Origin: Sedimenticolaceae bacterium
GTDB lineage: Bacteria; Pseudomonadota; Gammaproteobacteria; Chromatiales; Chromatiaceae
NCBI GenBank assembly: GCA_050288625.1
Contig: JBNKEE010000046.1
Span: forward strand, 5,145-69,144
Direction of reading: 5' to 3'
Length of the DNA: 64,000 nt
In this document: positions 60,059 through 64,000 of the stretch, piece by piece
Layout of the letters: each line of letters starts with the position of its first letter
Position numbering within the stretch: the first letter of the stretch is position 1
The notes under the pieces: generated by a model
The model's database searches: none
Seen by the model: the letters and a program-made list of their open reading frames with translations, nothing else
What the model was told of the DNA's origin: nothing
Made by a program: the position numbers and the translations under genes

Positions 60059-62593
60059 ATGACTAAATTGAGAAAGATAAATGCGTCCCCTTTTTCTGTT
60101 GTGACGCTCTTTGTGGCGTCTATAGTGACGGTCATGACGGCCGTGGCTGCCACAAGACAGGTGCGTTACGAGACAGCGCCGCGTGAGGCCGGTGAGCCGA
60201 TCATGGCGATCGTATCGATCAAGTCGCAACAGGTCACGTTCTACGACGCCAAAGGCTGGATTCTGCGCGCACCGGTGTCGACCGGTATTCGGGGACGTGA
60301 GACCCCGGCCGGTATCTTTGCTGTACTTGAGAAGGAGAAAGTGCACTACTCCAGCATGTATGACGATGCGGAGATGCCTAACATGCAGCGCATCACTTGG
60401 AATGGCATCGCGCTGCACGGCGGACCACTGCCCGGATATGCGGCCTCTCACGGTTGTATTCGAATGCCATTCGGCTTTGCGGCGAATGTGTTCAACAAGA
60501 CTCGGATCGGTATGCGGGTGATCATTTCGCCGCATGATGTTGCCCCAATCGACATTTTTCACCCGACTCTATTTTCATCGGATGCCGAGGTGGTAGCAGC
60601 TGCTCCAGAGCGAGCGCTAACACTCAAGCGCCAGGCGAAAGAGGCTGCCAAGTCATTCTTAGAAGCAAAGAAAAACGCCAAATCCATGGCGCGTAAGGTG
60701 GTATTACAGAAGCGGTCACTACGCGGGTTGGAACGGCGCAAGAAAAGAGCTGACGCCGTACTCAGAAGCGCCGACAAGGCGCTTTCCACCGCGGATAAAA
60801 CCAAGGTGCGGGCATATGAGCGGCTACAAAAGGCCACCTCAGAAGCCACACAAGCGGCAGCGCAGCTCGCCGCTGCCAAATCAGCCTTGGAGGAGAAGCT
60901 TTCCGCCGTTGCTGTTACAGCATCAGCTGCAAATGACGCCACTCAGAGGAGCGAAGAAGCCAAGAAAGTAGAAAGCAGTGCGGTAAGCGAGGTGGCGTTA
61001 GGCAAGGAGACTCTAGGTAAACTGGAAAGTCTCAAGGAGAGCGCAGACGCAGAACTTAAATTGGCTGACATTGCGCTTTCCACCGCAGATGAAGCCAAGG
61101 CGCAGGCCGAGGAGCAGTTGCGAATGGCTCGCACCGAAACCGCAGAGTTGGCGACACAGATCCAGGCCGCTAAATCAGATTTGAAGGGGAAAGTCGTTGC
61201 CTCTGAGGTTGCGGCAGCATCTGCAAATGATGCCGCCCAGAGAAGCGATGAAGCCAAGAGAATCGAGATGAGTGCGGTACGCATGGTGGAGTTACGCAAG
61301 GCGACGCTACACGAACTGGAAAGTCTCAAGGAGAGAGCAGCCGATGCCACAGAACTGGCGACGCAGATTGAGACTGTCGAATCAGACTTGAGGACGAGAA
61401 TGGTTGCCGCAGCCGTTGTTGCTAAAATTGCAAATGAAGCCACAAAGAGGAGCGATGAGACCAAGAGAGTCGCGAGCAGTGCGGCGCACGAGATGGCGTT
61501 AGGCAAGGAGGCGCTTGGGAAACTGGAAAGTCTCAAGAAGATAGCCGACGCAGAACTTAGAAACGCTGAGGAGGCATTATCCTCAGCGGATAAGGCCAAG
61601 GCGCAGGCCGAGAAGCAGCTGCGTAAGGCTACTGCCGAGACAACGGAATTGGCGATGCAGGTCGAGATAGCTGAATCGGATTTAAAGGTCATGGTCGCTG
61701 CAGCTGAAGCTGCAGCCTCAGCTGCAAATGACGCTGCTCAGAGGAGGGACGAAGCCAAGAGAGTTGAGAAGAGTGCGACGCGCGAGGCGGAGTTACAAAA
61801 GGGTGTTCTACGTAAACAGGAAGGTCTTAAGAAACGGGTCGACTCCGAACTCAGACGCGCAGACAAGGCGTTCTTACTCGCAGATGAGGCCAAGGTGCGG
61901 GCTGAGGAACGGTTGCGTAAAGCGACCGCCGAAGCTGCAGAGTTGGCGATGCAGATTGACACCGCTGAATCAGACTTGCAGGCGAGAGTTGCTGCGGCTG
62001 CTACTGCAAAGGATGCGGTCAAAACGGCCAAGATTAGGAAGGCTGAGGCTGTCCAGGCCGCATACGACGCCAAGCTTGCACTAGAGCCGGTATCCGTATA
62101 CATCAGTCGCGCGACACAGAAACTTTACGTGCGGCGTAACACACATAAGCCGGCCATTGACGGGGGCGGTGAGGAGTTCGATGCGAGCATAGAGGTCCCG
62201 GTTACCATTTATGATCCTGACAAACCGATCGGCACCCATATATTCACGGCCATGGAACATAATGATGCAGGTCTGCGCTGGACAGCGGTTACCATCGATA
62301 ACGGAGAAGATGCCAGGAGGGCGCTTGACCGCATCACTATCCCGCAGGAAGTGTTCGATCGTGTCGCGCTGACCGCATTGCCGAGATCCTCAATCATTAT
62401 CTCGGACGAGCCTTTGAGCAGGGAAACCAACTATCGCACCGAGTTTGTCGCTGTGCTCAGCAATCAGCCGCAGGGTGGCTTTATTACTCGCAAAGTGACC
62501 CAGAATCGTGATGCAGAAGATGATGATACAGATGAGATTGATACAGAAGAGAGTGATTATGTTTTGAAAACACCTGGCTTTTTAGGCCTCTAA
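60059..62593 (+). CDS. L,D-transpeptidase (YkuD) with long repetitive coiled-coil and Cys-less C-terminal domain
   Basis: N-terminal TM/signal anchor. YkuD domain with catalytic HGG....SHGCIRM (Cys codon 60455-60457). About 460 aa of Ala/Glu/Lys-rich repeats, a C-terminal globular domain and an acidic tail. ATG 60059 has a GGGAAG SD; the ORF is open from 60011. Confidence 0.8.
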   Translation: MTKLRKINASPFSVVTLFVASIVTVMTAVAATRQVRYETAPREAGEPIMAIVSIKSQQVTFYDAKGWILRAPVSTGIRGRETPAGIFAVLEKEKVHYSSMYDDAEMPNMQRITWNGIALHGGPLPGYAASHGCIRMPFGFAANVFNKTRIGMRVIISPHDVAPIDIFHPTLFSSDAEVVAAAPERALTLKRQAKEAAKSFLEAKKNAKSMARKVVLQKRSLRGLERRKKRADAVLRSADKALSTADKTKVRAYERLQKATSEATQAAAQLAAAKSALEEKLSAVAVTASAANDATQRSEEAKKVESSAVSEVALGKETLGKLESLKESADAELKLADIALSTADEAKAQAEEQLRMARTETAELATQIQAAKSDLKGKVVASEVAAASANDAAQRSDEAKRIEMSAVRMVELRKATLHELESLKERAADATELATQIETVESDLRTRMVAAAVVAKIANEATKRSDETKRVASSAAHEMALGKEALGKLESLKKIADAELRNAEEALSSADKAKAQAEKQLRKATAETTELAMQVEIAESDLKVMVAAAEAAASAANDAAQRRDEAKRVEKSATREAELQKGVLRKQEGLKKRVDSELRRADKAFLLADEAKVRAEERLRKATAEAAELAMQIDTAESDLQARVAAAATAKDAVKTAKIRKAEAVQAAYDAKLALEPVSVYISRATQKLYVRRNTHKPAIDGGGEEFDASIEVPVTIYDPDKPIGTHIFTAMEHNDAGLRWTAVTIDNGEDARRALDRITIPQEVFDRVALTALPRSSIIISDEPLSRETNYRTEFVAVLSNQPQGGFITRKVTQNRDAEDDDTDEIDTEESDYVLKTPGFLGL
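60716..62086 (+). repeat. in-frame tandem coding repeats, 294-bp (98-aa) period, five units (third unit carries an 87-bp in-frame deletion)
   Basis: Equivalent anchor codons (L/Q of the L-E-S/R-L-K motif) occur at 60728, 61022, 61316, 61523 and 61817, giving spacings of 294, 294, 207 and 294 bp. Identical DNA blocks such as CTGGAAAGTCTCAAG recur at 61022, 61316 and 61523. Confidence 0.85.
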
Positions 62594-62665
62594 CTGTCCA
62601 GTATTCAAGACATTAAGATTTATGATCTATTAGAAAAATATCTACAGTATTATAAAGAAGGAAAA

Positions 62666-63175
62666 ATGAGAGTCGCATTTATTTGTTTATTGATAATCTC
62701 GACTGCATGCGCGGAAAATGTGCCCTATCGTTTCTTTAAACCAAAAGCAGGGTTACTAATTAATACCCTTAATGAAGCGGAATTGGAGGCAGATCCAAAA
62801 GCCAGAATGATTTTGCGAACCGGCAGAGAGATGACGTTGGATGAAAAGGCTGTCGTCATAGGTGGATGCTGGGATTATGTTGATGCTGTCTATTCCAGAG
62901 CTGGATTTCCTAGAGATAAAAGAAGAGTAGTCTTTAAAGGAACTCTACAAAACGGGCCATATGCCAATAAAGATATGTTGCAGCCAGGGGATTGGCTTTA
63001 CCATATTAACCATTCCTATAACGATATCGAGCACAGTGGAATATTTATCAAATGGCTTGATAAGGAGAATGTTATCGGACTTCTTTTGAGCTACCGAGGA
63101 GAAAAGAGCAATACGCCGGCTCGATACAGAGGCTATGATCTTTCAAATGTCTATACGATAACAAGAGCAAAATAA
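62666..63175 (+). CDS. secreted NlpC/P60-like (papain-fold) putative cell-wall peptidase
   Basis: 169 aa. Signal peptide (LLIISTACA). Candidate catalytic Cys in GGCWDYVDAVY and His in IEHSGIF, in the order and spacing of NlpC/P60-type amidases. Motif-level assignment only. Confidence 0.45.
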   Translation: MRVAFICLLIISTACAENVPYRFFKPKAGLLINTLNEAELEADPKARMILRTGREMTLDEKAVVIGGCWDYVDAVYSRAGFPRDKRRVVFKGTLQNGPYANKDMLQPGDWLYHINHSYNDIEHSGIFIKWLDKENVIGLLLSYRGEKSNTPARYRGYDLSNVYTITRAK

Positions 63176-63242
63176 ACAACCGGATAGAGATTAGTAACCG
63201 TTAGTATAATCGTAATGCCGCTATCAACAAGGAGATCAGACT

Positions 63243-63683
63243 ATGCGGTGCCTGATGGATCATATAGTTCTAAATGTGGAAGATGACGAGAGAATGATCG
63301 AATTTTACTCGAAGGCGCTAATGCTTGAGACCGAACGCTTGGAAGAATATAAACAAGGGCGGGTTCCATTTCCTTCTGTGAGGCTAAATCCTGATACGGT
63401 CATAGATCTGTTTCCGAAGAAGCTGTGGCAGGCGACAGACGCAGATGAAGAAGGGCGCAAGCATTTAAATCACTTCTGCATTTCGCTCAGTAAGAAGGAG
63501 TGGGATGGACTCTTTGATCGTCTTAAGGGGTATGGTGTTGTTATAGAAGAGGGTCCTGTTACCCGTTGGGGCGCGCATGGAAGCGGGACCTCTTTCTATT
63601 TCCGTGACCCGGAAGCCAACCTGATAGAGGCGCGTTATTACGAGGGACACAATAGCTCAGAAGAGTGTTTACTTGGTACATAG
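63243..63683 (+). CDS. VOC (glyoxalase/bleomycin-resistance/dioxygenase) family protein
   Basis: 146 aa. MDHIVLNVEDDERMIEFY and HFC....., F.DP..N.IE are typical of the VOC fold. AAGGAG SD. Confidence 0.75.
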   Translation: MRCLMDHIVLNVEDDERMIEFYSKALMLETERLEEYKQGRVPFPSVRLNPDTVIDLFPKKLWQATDADEEGRKHLNHFCISLSKKEWDGLFDRLKGYGVVIEEGPVTRWGAHGSGTSFYFRDPEANLIEARYYEGHNSSEECLLGT

Positions 63684-63770
63684 AACTGTAGGGCGGGTTT
63701 GCGCAGTGTAATCAGTCGAACGTTTTAATAATGGATAAGGGGTACTACTGATTGACGGTTCACTCTGGTC

Positions 63771-64000
63771 CTATTTGCACGCGCCCTTGCTGTCGTCTGG
63801 CATGGTTGCGTCGCAGGTATTGGCGTTGGTGAAGTTGGCCCCATCACCGGTGGCACCTGATAGATCTGCCCCAGACAGGATGGCGTTGGAGAAATTGGTA
63901 TTGGAAATGTTCGTGCCCGTAAGTTTGGCATTGGAGAGTATCGCGCCGGAGAAGTTGGCGCCGATCAAGGAGCATCCACTAAGATCTGCGTTCTGGAGAA
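63771..64000 (-). CDS. pentapeptide-repeat protein, C-terminal part (5' end outside window)
   Basis: Continuous A(D/N)LxG-type pentapeptide repeats (NADLSGCSLIGANFSGAILSNAKLTGTNISNTNFSNAILSGADLSGA). The frame stays open to the window edge; stop at 63771-63773. Confidence 0.8.
   Translation of the reverse strand, partial: LQNADLSGCSLIGANFSGAILSNAKLTGTNISNTNFSNAILSGADLSGATGDGANFTNANTCDATMPDDSKGACK

Noticed and set aside
60716-62086. The possibility that the 294-bp periodic repeats are a CRISPR or other noncoding array.
   Set aside because: The units are contiguous with no spacers, far longer than CRISPR repeats, in frame, and translate to a continuous heptad-like coiled coil within one ORF.
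60559-62103. Three long Ala/Ser-rich ORFs on the minus strand within the ldt repeat region.
   Set aside because: They are reverse-complement reading of GCN/GAA-rich coiled-coil codons. Their periodicity simply mirrors the sense-strand repeats.

Overview
This is a 64 kb chromosomal window from a Gammaproteobacteria-like genome. Gene order and protein sequences resemble E. coli/Pseudomonas core genes, but the species cannot be named without a database search. Roughly 70% is conserved housekeeping synteny: carB (3' end)-greA, yhbY, rlmE-ftsH-folP-glmM, folE2, xseB-ispA, parE-(CNP1-like)-parC, pepA-holC, lptF-lptG, yebC-ruvCAB, ybgC-tolQRAB-pal-cpoB, queE-queC, a YeeE-type sulfur transporter and one tRNA-Lys(UUU). 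Accessory content falls into five parts. (i) An arsenic-methylation/arsenosugar gene set (arsM, then arsS plus two glycosyltransferases) is split by a visibly AT-richer segment carrying two large, divergently transcribed hybrid histidine kinases and an orphan membrane ORF. (ii) There is an RDD/cupin/radical-SAM/HDOD block. (iii) There is an RND efflux pair with no outer-membrane factor or regulator. (iv) The most interesting locus lies at 49.0-59.9 kb. An XRE-type regulator and a 1621-aa single-polypeptide enzyme of the benzoyl-CoA-reductase/2-hydroxyacyl-CoA-dehydratase (BCR/HAD) type, with its own fused tandem activase ATPase, sit divergent from an LplT-PlsC-acyl-ACP-synthetase triple fusion. 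That fusion is translationally coupled to an amidohydrolase. Together they are a candidate uncharacterised membrane-lipid remodelling system, possibly converting ester to ether or plasmalogen-like linkages. (v) An L,D-transpeptidase carries five exact-period (294 bp) coiled-coil repeats and is followed by an NlpC/P60-like peptidase. I saw no CRISPR array, transposase, integrase or rRNA. All calls rest on reading the translations and the DNA by eye; no searches were run.
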